A stretch of DNA of 64,000 nt from Faecalimonas sp. (lineage in GTDB: Bacteria > Bacillota > Clostridia > Lachnospirales > Lachnospiraceae). Shown piece after piece: positions 49,279 to 60,299 of the stretch; positions within the stretch are counted from its first letter, which is position 1; each line of letters begins with the position of its first letter. The stretch is from NCBI GenBank assembly GCA_029264305.1, contig JARICA010000021.1:35866-99865 (forward strand). The letters run 5' to 3'. The position numbers and the translations under genes are program-made. The notes beneath the pieces were generated by a model. It made no database searches and was not told the origin of the DNA. It was given only the letters and a program-made list of their open reading frames with translations.

Positions 49279-49863
49279 ATGAGTAGTCGTATTGAACAAA
49301 TTATTGAAGAAATTGAAGAGTATATTGATAGTTGTAAATTTCAAGCATTATCTACTTCGAAAATTATTGTAAACAAAGAACAGATTGATGAATTGTTACG
49401 AGAACTTCGAATGAAGACACCAGATGAAATTAAGCGTTATCAAAAAATTATAGAAAATAAAGATGCGATTTTAGCAGATGCACAGGCAAAAGCACAAAGC
49501 ATGATTGAAGAAGCACAAATTCAGACGAATGAATTGGTGAGTGAACATGAAATTATGCAACAAGCATATGCACAGGCAAATGAAATTGTTATGACAGCAA
49601 CAGAACAAGCACAGGAAATTCTTGATAACGCTACGAATGATGCAAATGATATTCGTATTGGTGCAATGCAGTATGCAAATGATGTTTTGGCAAATGCGGA
49701 AGGAATCATTGCGCATTCGTTGGATACATATACAACAAAATATGAAAGTCTTATTAATTCTTTGCGTGAGTGCTATGAAGTTGTCCGTACAAATCGTAAA
49801 GAATTAGAAGTGCCTGAAAAGTCAGATAGAGGAATAGAATCTGAATTTGGAAGTGAAGAATAG
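49279..49863 (+). CDS. Conserved coiled-coil protein (DivIVA/SepIVA-like)
   Basis: Long A/Q/E heptad region; position directly after coaD. Confidence 0.55.
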   Translation: MSSRIEQIIEEIEEYIDSCKFQALSTSKIIVNKEQIDELLRELRMKTPDEIKRYQKIIENKDAILADAQAKAQSMIEEAQIQTNELVSEHEIMQQAYAQANEIVMTATEQAQEILDNATNDANDIRIGAMQYANDVLANAEGIIAHSLDTYTTKYESLINSLRECYEVVRTNRKELEVPEKSDRGIESEFGSEE

Positions 49864-49865
49864 CA

Positions 49866-50798
49866 TTATATTAAAAAATGAATATATAACAATGTAAGAA
49901 GACTGGTTACCATGGCGGTAATCAGTTTTTCTATTGTGTATGAATAAATAGAAAGACCTGTACCCTCAAGCATACATTTTGTTTGAGCTATGGAACAAAA
50001 ACCACCAAAAGAGATAAGAGTCATTATACAAATATAAGAAAAAGAAAATGGTAGGTTCGTTTTGAGAATCATTTGAATGCCAGTAGTAATTTCTAATGAT
50101 GGTAAAAAACATATTGTCCATACGGATGATGTACATGGAATTTCTTTGAGAAGAGTAGTTAATACAGAAAAAAGAACAATATAACCACCTACCTTTGTAA
50201 GCGCCTCAAAACTATTCATAATGGTTTGATCTAATAATTGAAAATGAAAGTAAGGATGGGAGAAGGAAGAAACAGCTTGTGAGAAAAATGGTTTCTTCCG
50301 CAAATAATAAATGCGAAAAAGAAAACTGCATAAGATAGGAGAGATAAATAAAATAATAAGAGAAGGGAAAAGAAGTTCGTCACATTTTAGAGTTTTTAAG
50401 ATAACATAGTTCATAATAAACATGGGGCTTGTATTATTACAGAAAGAGAGTAGGTATGCTGCTTCGTTTTTTGAAATTTTTCCGTTTTTTACTAAATCAG
50501 CAGTAACTTTTGCACCCATGGGATATCCACATAAAAAACCAGTTAAAATTGAAAAGGTTCCGTTTGAACTTGCGGAAAAAAGAGGGCATAAAATAGGTGA
50601 TAACCATTTTGTGAAAGAAACCATGGTGTTTGTTCGAATAAGCAGGTTTGTGATAATCATAAAAGGGAAAAGAGTAGGTAAAATGATTTGATACCAAAGT
50701 AAAAGACCTTCGCTTGCTCCTACAAAAGTTTCATTTGGTTTTATTAACATAAAAAGAAATATGCTAATGAGAATAAAAGGAAGAATTTTGTGTTTCAT
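49866..50798 (-). CDS. ylbJ: Sporulation integral membrane protein YlbJ
   Basis: ILPTLFPF, GFLCGYPMGAK, FCNNTSPMF, LEITTG, FGG; opposite coaD as in Bacillus. Confidence 0.85.
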   Translation of the reverse strand: MKHKILPFILISIFLFMLIKPNETFVGASEGLLLWYQIILPTLFPFMIITNLLIRTNTMVSFTKWLSPILCPLFSASSNGTFSILTGFLCGYPMGAKVTADLVKNGKISKNEAAYLLSFCNNTSPMFIMNYVILKTLKCDELLFPSLIILFISPILCSFLFRIYYLRKKPFFSQAVSSFSHPYFHFQLLDQTIMNSFEALTKVGGYIVLFSVLTTLLKEIPCTSSVWTICFLPSLEITTGIQMILKTNLPFSFSYICIMTLISFGGFCSIAQTKCMLEGTGLSIYSYTIEKLITAMVTSLLTLLYIHFLI

Positions 50799-50909
50799 AT
50801 AAATCTCCTAAAATTGTACAATATAGAAAAAATATATGATAATACTTGATTTTATATGTGCAATATGCAAAAATAATAATAGAAATATTTAGCAAGGAAG
50901 GGAAGAAAA

Positions 50910-52358
50910 ATGGCATTAGAAAATTTAGAACCAAAAGAAGTATTTCATTATTTTGAGGAATTAACTAGGATTCCACGAGGAACGTATAACACTAAAGCAG
51001 TCAGCGATTATTGTGTGAATTTTGCAAAAGAATTGGGGCTTGAATATATACAAGATCAGGCAAATAATGTCATTATAAAGAAAGCTGGCACGAAAGGGTA
51101 TGAAGAATCAGAACCCGTTATTATCCAAGGACATCTGGATATGGTTTGCGAAAAAATTCAAGGATCTACACATGATTTTATGAAAGATCCCCTAGATGTT
51201 TATGAAGAAGATGGGTTTGTACAGGCGAGAGGAACCACACTTGGTGGAGATGATGGTATTGCAATCGCTTATGCGATGGCGATACTTGCTAGCAATGAAT
51301 TGGAACATCCTCCTATAGAAGCAGTATTTACTGTGGATGAAGAAGAAGGAATGGGGGGAGCTAATGCGATTGATTTATCTGTGTTAAAGGGACGTATGTT
51401 GTTGAATCTTGATTCCGATGTGGAAGGAACAATTGTAGCAGGTTGTGAAGGTGGTTGTGAAAATGTGGTTCGTATTCCTATTGAAAGAGAAGAAAAGGAA
51501 GGAACTGTATTGACGATTTCAGTTGATGGATTAAGAGGTGGACATTCGGGGTTAGAAATCCATGAGCAACATGGTAATGCGAATAAATTAATGGGTAGAT
51601 TGTTAATGACATTAGCGGCGGAGAAAGTGGCATTTTCCCTTGTTAAAATAGATGGAGGTTCAAAACCAAATGTAATTACATCTTTTGGGGAAAGTAAGAT
51701 TGTTCTCGATTCATCAGATGTAGAGAAAGCAAAAGAAATTTTACAGCAATGTACACATGTATTAAAGGACGAATTCGGACAGGATGAACCTGATTTATCA
51801 GTTATAGTTTCTGAGGAAATAGACCAAAAAGTTTGTGCGATGACAACAGAAAGTAAGAAAAAGGTTATTTTTCTCGTGACAGCAACTCCAGATGGAGTGC
51901 AATGTTTCAGCAGAAATATTAAAGGACTTGTGGAAACATCATTGAATTTGGGAATTGTCAAGACGGAAGAGGAACAGATTACAGCAGTGTATCGCGTAAG
52001 AAGTGCTGTCAAAAGTAAGAAAGAAAATATGAAAAAAACTCTTGCAATGTGGGCAGAATTCTTAGGTGGAACGATTGCTATTGAAGGAGAATATCCGGCT
52101 TGGGCTTACAAAATAGATTCTAAAATTCGCCCGATTGTAGTGAATACATATAAAGAATTATTTGGGACAGAACCGAAAGTAACAACGATTCATGCAGGGT
52201 TAGAATGCGGGTTATTTGCAGGAAAATTGGAGGATTTAGATTGCGTTTCACTTGGTCCAGAAATGTTAAGCATTCATTCTCCAAATGAAAAGTTGAATGT
52301 TGCTTCTACACAACGTACATGGGAATTGCTTAAAGCTATTTTGAAAAATTGTAAATAA
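50910..52358 (+). CDS. pepD: Aminoacyl-histidine dipeptidase (M20C)
   Basis: QGHLDMV, TTLGGDDG, TVDEEEG, IHAGLECG, IHSPNE. Confidence 0.92.
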   Translation: MALENLEPKEVFHYFEELTRIPRGTYNTKAVSDYCVNFAKELGLEYIQDQANNVIIKKAGTKGYEESEPVIIQGHLDMVCEKIQGSTHDFMKDPLDVYEEDGFVQARGTTLGGDDGIAIAYAMAILASNELEHPPIEAVFTVDEEEGMGGANAIDLSVLKGRMLLNLDSDVEGTIVAGCEGGCENVVRIPIEREEKEGTVLTISVDGLRGGHSGLEIHEQHGNANKLMGRLLMTLAAEKVAFSLVKIDGGSKPNVITSFGESKIVLDSSDVEKAKEILQQCTHVLKDEFGQDEPDLSVIVSEEIDQKVCAMTTESKKKVIFLVTATPDGVQCFSRNIKGLVETSLNLGIVKTEEEQITAVYRVRSAVKSKKENMKKTLAMWAEFLGGTIAIEGEYPAWAYKIDSKIRPIVVNTYKELFGTEPKVTTIHAGLECGLFAGKLEDLDCVSLGPEMLSIHSPNEKLNVASTQRTWELLKAILKNCK

Positions 52359-52370
52359 AAGATAAAAATT

Positions 52371-52400
52371 TCATATAGAGATTATATAGGAACATATAGT
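52371..52400 (+). promoter_or_regulatory. sigmaE-type promoter of the M23 peptidase
   Basis: TCATATA-15 bp-CATATAGT. Confidence 0.5.
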
Positions 52401-52420
52401 AATACAAAAAGGAGATTTCC

Positions 52421-53260
52421 ATGAAGGGAAAAAAAGGTGGAAAGTTACTTCTTCTTGTATTACTATTTTCTTTTTTTATTATTGTAGGAAAATACAAATT
52501 ACTTAATGAAAGTCAGTTGAAAAGATTAAATGAAAAAACAATTGTTTCAAAACAATTTAGAAAACAGCAATTGGAGGAAAACATACTAAGTCTTCTCGAA
52601 AAAGAAGAGAACAAAGGGAAGATAGTTGGTTTATATTTGTTAGAAAGTGATTTTTCTAATAAAAGGTTTTTGGAGGAGGACAAAAAAAGTACTTATCAGA
52701 AAGTGTATAGAAAGTGGGCTGAAAATAAAGAATGGATACAATATAACAAAGTATGTAAAGCAATTTGGAATGACTTGAAATATTTTCCAGTTCCATTATC
52801 TTCTGAAAATAAAAAATTAACTGTTTCGTATATAGATACTTGGCAAGAAAAGAGGACATATGGAGGAGAAAGGGGACATGAAGGAACGGATATTATGGCA
52901 AAAGAAAATGTTGTGGGAGTATATCCGATTGTAAGTATGGCAGACGGTGTGGTTACGGAGAAAGGATGGCTTGAAAAAGGGGGATATCGCATTGGAATAA
53001 GAGGGAAATCAGGTGGGTATTTTTATTATGCGCATTTAGATTCTTATAGTGATATCGAAATAGGACAAACAATCAAAGCAGGTCAAGTGATTGGGTATAT
53101 GGGGAATACCGGGTATGGAAAAGAAGGAACTAGAGGGAAATTTCCGGTACATCTTCATTTGGGCATTTACTTTTATTATAAAGGAAAAGAGATAAGTATA
53201 AATCCATATTGGATTTTGAAATATTTAGAAAATCATAAATTAAAATATGCTTTCTCCTAG
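52421..53260 (+). CDS. lytH: M23 peptidase, LytH-like
   Basis: RTYGGERGHEGTD, KGW...GGYRIGIR, YYAHL, GKFPVHLHLG resemble B. subtilis LytH from recall; N-terminal TM. Confidence 0.7.
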   Translation: MKGKKGGKLLLLVLLFSFFIIVGKYKLLNESQLKRLNEKTIVSKQFRKQQLEENILSLLEKEENKGKIVGLYLLESDFSNKRFLEEDKKSTYQKVYRKWAENKEWIQYNKVCKAIWNDLKYFPVPLSSENKKLTVSYIDTWQEKRTYGGERGHEGTDIMAKENVVGVYPIVSMADGVVTEKGWLEKGGYRIGIRGKSGGYFYYAHLDSYSDIEIGQTIKAGQVIGYMGNTGYGKEGTRGKFPVHLHLGIYFYYKGKEISINPYWILKYLENHKLKYAFS

Positions 53261-53312
53261 TCAAAGCAAATAAAATTATGGTATACTAAATGTTGAGATG
53301 AAGGAGGCAAAC

Positions 53313-54698
53313 ATGAATTTACCAACTAAATTTGAAGAAAAGATAAAATTGTTGATAGGAGAAGAATTCTCTGATTATATAAAATGCTACGAAGAACCAA
53401 GATTTTATGGTTTGCGTGTGAATACAAAAAAAATTAGTGTGGAGAAGTTTAAGAAAATTTGTCCGTTTGAAATCCAACAGATTCCTTGGATTGAGAATGG
53501 GTTTTATTATGATGGAGATCAAGTGCAACCTGCAAAACATCCTTATTATTTTGCGGGATTGTATTATTTGCAAGAACCAAGTGCTATGACACCAGCCAAT
53601 AGACTTCCGATAGAACCAGGAGACAGAGTGTTGGATGTATGTGCAGCTCCAGGAGGAAAAGCTACTGAACTAGGAGCAAAACTAAATGCAAAAGGTGTGT
53701 TAGTTGCTAATGATATAAGTAGTTCAAGGGCAAAAGGCCTACTGAAAAATATTGAAGTTTTTGGTGTTGGAAATGTGCTTGTATTAAGTGAAGAACCCGG
53801 AAAGTTGGAGGAATATTTTCCGGAATATTTTGATAAAATTTTGATTGATGCTCCATGCTCTGGGGAAGGAATGTTTAGAAAAGATAAAAAAATGGTGAAA
53901 GCATGGGAAGAACATGGTCCTTCTTTTTTTGCAAAAATTCAGAGAAGTATTGTGACACAGGCTGCAAGAATGTTGAAACCTGGAGGAATGATTTTGTATT
54001 CTACATGTACTTTTGATGCAGAAGAAAATGAAGGAACGATAGAATATTTATTAAAAGAATATCCTGAATTTTTCCTAAAAGAGATTATTCCATACGAAGG
54101 ATTTGCAGAAGGGATACCAGAAGTGACAGAAAGCAAATCGTTAGATTTCAAAAAAACAGTCCGTATCTGGCCCCATAAAATGCATGGAGAAGGACATTAT
54201 CTTGCTTTGTTACAAAAAGGAGAAAAAAGAAAAGAATATACTACAACTAAAGTTCAGAAAAAAGCAAAAAAGGTTCCGTTAGAATTGGAAACATTTTTCC
54301 GAGAAGTGACATGGGAAATGGATTGGAGTAGATTAGAAATTCATGGAGAAAAGGTGTATTATATGCCAGAAGGTCTGCCGGATGTGAAAGGAATACGGTT
54401 TTTAAGAACAGGATTATATTTAGGGGATGTGAAAAAGAACCGTTTTGAGCCTACACAAGCCTTTGCCATGTGTCTGAAAAAGGATGAATATGCACATACG
54501 ATTTCTTTAGCTGTAGATGATGAAAGAGTGATAAAATATTTAAAAGGGGAGACGTTGGAAGTTGATGATTTAGTTTCTTCTAAACAAAAAGGATGGCATT
54601 TGATTTGTATAGAAGATTATCCTTTGGGGTGGGGGAAACTTTCTAATGGAACACTAAAAAATAAATATTTGCCTGGATGGAGATGGCAATCGGCATGA
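53313..54698 (+). CDS. rsmF: RsmB/RsmF (NOL1/NOP2) m5C rRNA methyltransferase
   Basis: QEPSAM, DVCAAPGGK, DAPCSGEG, YSTCT; ATG after AAGGAGG. Confidence 0.85.
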   Translation: MNLPTKFEEKIKLLIGEEFSDYIKCYEEPRFYGLRVNTKKISVEKFKKICPFEIQQIPWIENGFYYDGDQVQPAKHPYYFAGLYYLQEPSAMTPANRLPIEPGDRVLDVCAAPGGKATELGAKLNAKGVLVANDISSSRAKGLLKNIEVFGVGNVLVLSEEPGKLEEYFPEYFDKILIDAPCSGEGMFRKDKKMVKAWEEHGPSFFAKIQRSIVTQAARMLKPGGMILYSTCTFDAEENEGTIEYLLKEYPEFFLKEIIPYEGFAEGIPEVTESKSLDFKKTVRIWPHKMHGEGHYLALLQKGEKRKEYTTTKVQKKAKKVPLELETFFREVTWEMDWSRLEIHGEKVYYMPEGLPDVKGIRFLRTGLYLGDVKKNRFEPTQAFAMCLKKDEYAHTISLAVDDERVIKYLKGETLEVDDLVSSKQKGWHLICIEDYPLGWGKLSNGTLKNKYLPGWRWQSA

Positions 54699-55399
54699 TA
54701 AGATTAGATAAATATTTGTGTGAAATGGGTATTGGAACACGTTCGGAAGTAAAGAAATATATCCGACAAGGTCGAATTACTGTAGATGGGGAAAAAGTAG
54801 TTAAACCAGAAGAAAAGATAGATGAACAATCGAGCCAGGTTAGTATGGATAATCAGTTGATTGGGTATGAAAAGTTTGAATATTATATGCTTTATAAGCC
54901 GGCTGGAGTTGTTTCTGCTACAGTAGACAAAAAAGAAAAAACAGTGCTGGATTTAATTACCGACAAAAAACGTAAAGATTTATTTCCAGTAGGAAGACTT
55001 GACAAAGATACGGAAGGACTTCTTTTGATTACAAATGATGGAGAAATGGCTCATCGTTTGCTTGCACCTAAAAAGCATGTTAATAAGACTTATTATGCAA
55101 AAATAAAGGGGAGAGTAACAGAACAGGAAATACAACTGTTTTCAAAAGGTCTTTCAATTGGAAATAATGAATATGCCAAACCATCTGTATTGAAAATTTT
55201 AAAATCAGGAGAAGTTTCAGAGATAGAATTAATTATACAGGAAGGAAAATTTCATCAAGTGAAAAGAATGTTTAGAACTGTAGGGATGGAAGTCGTTTAT
55301 TTGAAACGGATTTCTATGGGAAGCCTTGTGCTAGATGAAAGTCTGCAAAAGGGGGAATACAGGAAATTGACAAAGAAAGAGGTTGAACAGTTATGTTAG
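54695..55399 (+). CDS. rsuA: RsuA-family pseudouridine synthase
   Basis: S4 domain RLDKYL, GRLDKDTEGLL, EGKFHQVKRM; ATGA overlap. Confidence 0.85.
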   Translation: MIRLDKYLCEMGIGTRSEVKKYIRQGRITVDGEKVVKPEEKIDEQSSQVSMDNQLIGYEKFEYYMLYKPAGVVSATVDKKEKTVLDLITDKKRKDLFPVGRLDKDTEGLLLITNDGEMAHRLLAPKKHVNKTYYAKIKGRVTEQEIQLFSKGLSIGNNEYAKPSVLKILKSGEVSEIELIIQEGKFHQVKRMFRTVGMEVVYLKRISMGSLVLDESLQKGEYRKLTKKEVEQLC

Positions 55400-56061
55400 A
55401 AAATATGAAAGCGGTTCTGTTTGATTTAGATGGTTCTCTTGCAGATTCTATGTGGGTTTGGACAACAATTGATATGGAATATATTAAAGAGTATCAGTTG
55501 GAAGTTCCACCACATTTTTATAGAGAAATGGAAGGAAAAAGTTTTACTGAAACAGCACAATATTTTTTGGATGTTTTTCCTAAATTACCTTTTACTTTAG
55601 AAGAATTAAAGCAAGATTGGACAAATAGAGCATATGATAAATATACAAAAGAAGTCAAATTGAAAGAAGGTGCATTAGATTTCCTGAAAATGTTAAAAGA
55701 GCAAGGAATTCTTATGGGAATCGCTACAAGTAATGGGAGACAGTTAGTGGAAGAATTTCTAAAAGCGAATCAAATTGAGACTTTTTTTGGAACAGTTTGG
55801 ACATCATGTGATGTATGTGCAGGAAAACCAGCGCCAGATGTCTATTTAAAAGCAGCGGAGAGTTTGCAAGTTTCACCAGAACATTGTCTTGTGTTTGAAG
55901 ATGTCCCAATGGGAATTTTAGCAGGGAAAAATGCTGGAATGAAAGTTTGTGCAGTGGAAGATGAATTTTCAAAAGAACAAGAAAAAAAGAAGAGGGAATT
56001 AGCGGATTATTATATACAAAATTATAATGATATCCGAAAGAAAACCTATGAGGTATTATAA
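55393..56061 (+). CDS. HAD-family phosphatase
   Basis: FDLDGSL, ATS, KPAPD, FED. Confidence 0.9.
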   Translation: MLENMKAVLFDLDGSLADSMWVWTTIDMEYIKEYQLEVPPHFYREMEGKSFTETAQYFLDVFPKLPFTLEELKQDWTNRAYDKYTKEVKLKEGALDFLKMLKEQGILMGIATSNGRQLVEEFLKANQIETFFGTVWTSCDVCAGKPAPDVYLKAAESLQVSPEHCLVFEDVPMGILAGKNAGMKVCAVEDEFSKEQEKKKRELADYYIQNYNDIRKKTYEVL

Positions 56062-57957
56062 ATGCAACAAGAATTTTTACCAATTTCAAAAGAAGATATG
56101 CAACAAAGAGGGTGGGAACAAGTAGATTTTGTTTATGTATCAGGAGATGCTTATGTAGACCACCCTTCCTTTGGGCATGCAATCATTACGCGTGTTTTAG
56201 AAGCACACGGGTATAAGGTGGGTATTATTGCCCAACCAGATTGGAAGAATAAAGAAAGTATTATGGTTTTTGGTGAACCGAGACTTGCTTTTTTAGTTTC
56301 TAGTGGGAACATGGATTCCATGGTAAACCATTATACTGTGTCTAAAAAAAGGAGAAAAACAGATGCGTTTACCCCGGGTGGAGTTATGGGAAAACGACCG
56401 GATTATGCAACTGTTGTATATAGTAACTTAATTCGCCAAGTGTATAAGAAAATACCGATTATTCTTGGGGGAATTGAGGCGAGTCTTAGAAGGCTTGCAC
56501 ATTATGATTATTGGAGTAATAAATTAAAACGATCTATTTTACTTGATTCGGGAGCAGATATCCTTTCTTATGGAATGGGGGAACGCTCTATCGTGGAAAT
56601 TGCTGAAGCGTTGGATAGTGGTATAGCAGTTTCAGATATTACTTATATTGATGGAACAGTATGTAAAGTAAAAAGTTTGGATTGTGTCTATGATGCGATT
56701 ACATTGCAGTCGTATGATGATTTACAACAGGATAAATTAAATTATGCTAGAAGTTTTTACGTTCAATATTGTAATACGGATCCATTTACAGCAAAACGTC
56801 TTGTTGAGCCATATGGAGAACATTTATATATTGTGCAAAATCCACCATCAAAGCCGCTAAGCCAACCGGAAATGGATAGAGTGTATAGTTATCCATATAT
56901 GAGAACATATCATCCTTCTTATGAGGAACTGGGCGGTGTTCCTGCTATTGAAGAGGTAAAATATAGTTTGATTAGTAACAGAGGTTGCTTTGGTGCCTGC
57001 AGTTTTTGCGCATTGACGTTTCACCAAGGAAGAATCATTCAGACAAGAAGCCACGAATCGCTTATTTCTGAAGCGAAGAAATTTATTTGGGATAAAGATT
57101 TTAAAGGGTATATACATGATGTCGGAGGTCCAACTGCCAATTTTAGAGCTCCTGCTTGTGAAAAGCAATTAACTCATGGGGCGTGTAAAAATAAACAATG
57201 TTTATTTCCAAGACCATGTAAAAATATGAAGGTAGACCATAAAGATTATTTATGTCTTCTTCGTAAATTAAGAGAATTGCCAAATGTAAAAAAAGTATTT
57301 ATTCGTTCGGGTATTCGTTTTGACTATTTAATAGCGGATAAAGACGATACATTTTTTAGAGAACTTTGCGAAAATCACATTAGCGGACAATTAAAAGTTG
57401 CACCCGAACATATTTCTGATGCCGTTTTGCAAAAGATGGGTAAACCTGAAAATAGTGTTTATCAAAGTTTTACAAAAAAATACAAACAGATAAATGAAAA
57501 ATTAGGAAAAAAACAATTCCTTGTCCCATATTTAATGTCATCACATCCAGGCTCGACGATGAAAGAAGCAGTAGAACTTGCAGAATATTTGAGAGATTTG
57601 GGATATATGCCAGAACAAGTACAAGATTTCTATCCGACACCATCCACAATTTCTACATGTATGTACTATACAGGGGTAGATCCTCGCACAATGGAAAAGG
57701 TGTATGTACCGATCAATCCGCATGAAAAAGCAATGCAAAGAGCATTGATTCAATATCGAAATCCTAAGAATTATGATTTGGTGTTAGAGGCATTGAAAAT
57801 AGCCGATAGAATGGATTTAGTTGGTTATGATAAAAAATGTCTTATTAGACCGAAACAAAATAAACACCAACAGTGGGAAAGACCACAACAAACACAAAAT
57901 AAAAAGCCAAAGAAGAAAAAGGCAATACGAAATGTTCATAAAAAGAAAAATAAATAG
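56062..57957 (+). CDS. ygiQ: YgiQ-family radical SAM protein
   Basis: [36 protein letters not shown]. Confidence 0.9.
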   Translation: MQQEFLPISKEDMQQRGWEQVDFVYVSGDAYVDHPSFGHAIITRVLEAHGYKVGIIAQPDWKNKESIMVFGEPRLAFLVSSGNMDSMVNHYTVSKKRRKTDAFTPGGVMGKRPDYATVVYSNLIRQVYKKIPIILGGIEASLRRLAHYDYWSNKLKRSILLDSGADILSYGMGERSIVEIAEALDSGIAVSDITYIDGTVCKVKSLDCVYDAITLQSYDDLQQDKLNYARSFYVQYCNTDPFTAKRLVEPYGEHLYIVQNPPSKPLSQPEMDRVYSYPYMRTYHPSYEELGGVPAIEEVKYSLISNRGCFGACSFCALTFHQGRIIQTRSHESLISEAKKFIWDKDFKGYIHDVGGPTANFRAPACEKQLTHGACKNKQCLFPRPCKNMKVDHKDYLCLLRKLRELPNVKKVFIRSGIRFDYLIADKDDTFFRELCENHISGQLKVAPEHISDAVLQKMGKPENSVYQSFTKKYKQINEKLGKKQFLVPYLMSSHPGSTMKEAVELAEYLRDLGYMPEQVQDFYPTPSTISTCMYYTGVDPRTMEKVYVPINPHEKAMQRALIQYRNPKNYDLVLEALKIADRMDLVGYDKKCLIRPKQNKHQQWERPQQTQNKKPKKKKAIRNVHKKKNK

Positions 57958-57972
57958 TAGAGGTGATGAAAG

Positions 57973-58725
57973 GTGAAAATAGCAATTATTACAGGAGCTT
58001 CTTCTGGATTTGGACGAGAATTTGTACGACAAATTGATAGCTTATATAAAGACCTAGATGAAATATGGGTGATTGCTCGTAGAGTTGACAGATTACACGA
58101 GTTAGAAACAAGAATTATGACAAAAATACGTGTTTTTGGTGGGGATTTACTTGGAGAAGAAATTTATAACGACCTTTCAAATGCACTTGCTGAAGACAAA
58201 CCGAATGTTCGAATGCTTGTAAATGCTGCTGGTTTTGGAAAAACAGGAACGGTAGAAGAAATTGATGAAAAAGTACAATTAGAAATGATTGATACAAATT
58301 GCAAATCCTTGACAAAAATGACAATTACTTGTCTTCCATATTTGGAAAAAGGAAGTCGTATCGTAAATATTGCTTCAGCAGCCTCTTTTTGTCCGCAACC
58401 ATCGTTTGCTGTATATGCAGCAACAAAGTCTTATGTATTGAGTTTTAGTAGAGCTTTGGGTGCAGAATTAGAGGAACGAGGTGTTTATGTTACTGCTGTT
58501 TGCCCGGGACCTGCCAAGACAGAATTTTTTGATATTGCAGGGATGAGTGCAAATATATTAAAGAAGATGACTATGGCAAAACCTGAAAAAGTAGTTAAAC
58601 AGGCGCTTGTAGATGCAAAAAATAAAAAGGAAATTTCTGTTTACGGTAAGGCAATGAAAGCGGCAAGAATTTTAACAAAAATTCTTCCACATCGATTTGT
58701 AGTGAAGATAATGAAACAATTTTAA
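57973..58725 (+). CDS. Short-chain dehydrogenase/reductase
   Basis: TGASSGFG, NAAG, YAATK. Confidence 0.9.
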   Translation: MKIAIITGASSGFGREFVRQIDSLYKDLDEIWVIARRVDRLHELETRIMTKIRVFGGDLLGEEIYNDLSNALAEDKPNVRMLVNAAGFGKTGTVEEIDEKVQLEMIDTNCKSLTKMTITCLPYLEKGSRIVNIASAASFCPQPSFAVYAATKSYVLSFSRALGAELEERGVYVTAVCPGPAKTEFFDIAGMSANILKKMTMAKPEKVVKQALVDAKNKKEISVYGKAMKAARILTKILPHRFVVKIMKQF

Positions 58726-58742
58726 GAGGCAGGCGAAACAAA

Positions 58743-59318
58743 ATGAAAATAGCAAAAGGGAATGCCGGTTATATACAATCAAAGAAAAAATGGGAAATTA
58801 CAAAAACATGTATCGAATTTGGTATGGTTATTATTGTATTTTTCACAGGATATTTAACAACAAAAACAAGATTGAATTTATTGACGGTGGCAGCAGTTCT
58901 TGGTTGCCTTCCAGCAGCAAAAGCATTAGTAGGAGTAATTATGCTTTTCCCTCATCAGAGTATGCAAAAAGAAAAGGTAGAAGAAATTGAAAAAAAAGCA
59001 TCTAAACTTGTAAAAGCTTATGATATGATTTTAACTAGTTATGAAAAAATCATGCCGATAGATAGTATAGTTATTTTTGAAAATGTTGTATGTGGGTATA
59101 CAAGCGATAATAAAGTGGATGTAAATAGTACAGCATCCTATATAAAAAAAATGCTTGGAAATAATAAATATGATAAAGTATCTGTGAAAATTTTTGCAGA
59201 TTATAAAACATATTTGACGAGAGTAGAAGGTATGCAAAACATGGCAGAAGTAGAAAAAGAAAGTTCATTGGAACATGAAGAAGGAATAAAAAGAACTATA
59301 TTGAGTTTATCAATGTAA
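58743..59318 (+). CDS. Hypothetical membrane protein (two N-terminal TMs)
   Basis: Intact ORF with RBS, in operon; no family recognised. Confidence 0.7.
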   Translation: MKIAKGNAGYIQSKKKWEITKTCIEFGMVIIVFFTGYLTTKTRLNLLTVAAVLGCLPAAKALVGVIMLFPHQSMQKEKVEEIEKKASKLVKAYDMILTSYEKIMPIDSIVIFENVVCGYTSDNKVDVNSTASYIKKMLGNNKYDKVSVKIFADYKTYLTRVEGMQNMAEVEKESSLEHEEGIKRTILSLSM

Positions 59319-59333
59319 AAGAAAGGAAAAAAG

Positions 59334-60299
59334 ATGCAAGAAATTCAAATTTCAGCAAATGAAGCAGGGCAACGTTTGGACAAACTCTTAGCAAAATATT
59401 TGAATGAAGCGCCAAAAAGTTTTTTATATAAAATGCTTCGTAAAAAAAATATTGTTTTAAATGGAAAAAAGGCAACTGGAAATGAAAAACTTTTGACAGG
59501 CGATTGTGTGAAATTATTTTTATCAGATGAGACGATAGAAAAGTTTTCTAAAGAAATTAAAATGTATAAGGTAAATACAAATTTAGATATTCTTTATGAA
59601 GATGAAAATATTTTACTTGTTAATAAACCAGTAGGCATGTTGTCGCAAAAAGCAGAGGCAAAAGATATTTCTTTGGTTGAATATTTGATGTCTTATTTAG
59701 TGGAAACGGGACAGTTAACAAAGGAAAATTTAAAAAGTTTTAAACCATCCATATGCAATCGGTTAGATAGAAATACAAGTGGACTTGTTGTATGTGGAAA
59801 GAGTTTAAGAGGTCTTCAAGTAATGGGACAACTATTTAAAAATAGAAGTTTAAAAAAGTATTATCGTTGTATTGTTTCCGGAAAAGTAGTAGATAAACAG
59901 TATGTAAAAGGTTATCTTAGTAAAAACGAAAAGAAAAATCAGGTAATAGTAAGTGATACGTATTTTCCAAATAGTCAAGAAATTGAAACGGAATATACTC
60001 CTATCCAGCAGTTGAAGGAAGGAACTTTACTAGAGGTACATTTGATTACAGGAAAAACCCATCAAATTCGCGCTCATTTAGCATCACAAGGTCACGCAAT
60101 TATAGGTGATTATAAATATGGTGATAGAGAAATCAATAATAAATATAAAAAAGAATATCAGTTATCACACCAACTATTACATGCCTACAGGATAGAAATG
60201 CCAAAAATGGAGAAAGAGTTTTTGCAACTTTCTCAAAAAGTATTTATTGCACCTTTGCCTGAGCAATTTAAAAAAATAGTAGAAGGTGAGAATAGATAA
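59334..60299 (+). CDS. RluA-family 23S rRNA pseudouridine synthase
   Basis: S4 domain QRLDK, NRLDRNTSG, TGKTHQIR, GDYKYG, LHA. Confidence 0.9.
   Translation: MQEIQISANEAGQRLDKLLAKYLNEAPKSFLYKMLRKKNIVLNGKKATGNEKLLTGDCVKLFLSDETIEKFSKEIKMYKVNTNLDILYEDENILLVNKPVGMLSQKAEAKDISLVEYLMSYLVETGQLTKENLKSFKPSICNRLDRNTSGLVVCGKSLRGLQVMGQLFKNRSLKKYYRCIVSGKVVDKQYVKGYLSKNEKKNQVIVSDTYFPNSQEIETEYTPIQQLKEGTLLEVHLITGKTHQIRAHLASQGHAIIGDYKYGDREINNKYKKEYQLSHQLLHAYRIEMPKMEKEFLQLSQKVFIAPLPEQFKKIVEGENR

Noticed and set aside
51269-52012. 247-aa ORF antisense to pepD
   Set aside because: Shadow frame of a well-supported gene; no RBS or family motif. The other short antisense/overlapping ORFs in the track were rejected likewise.
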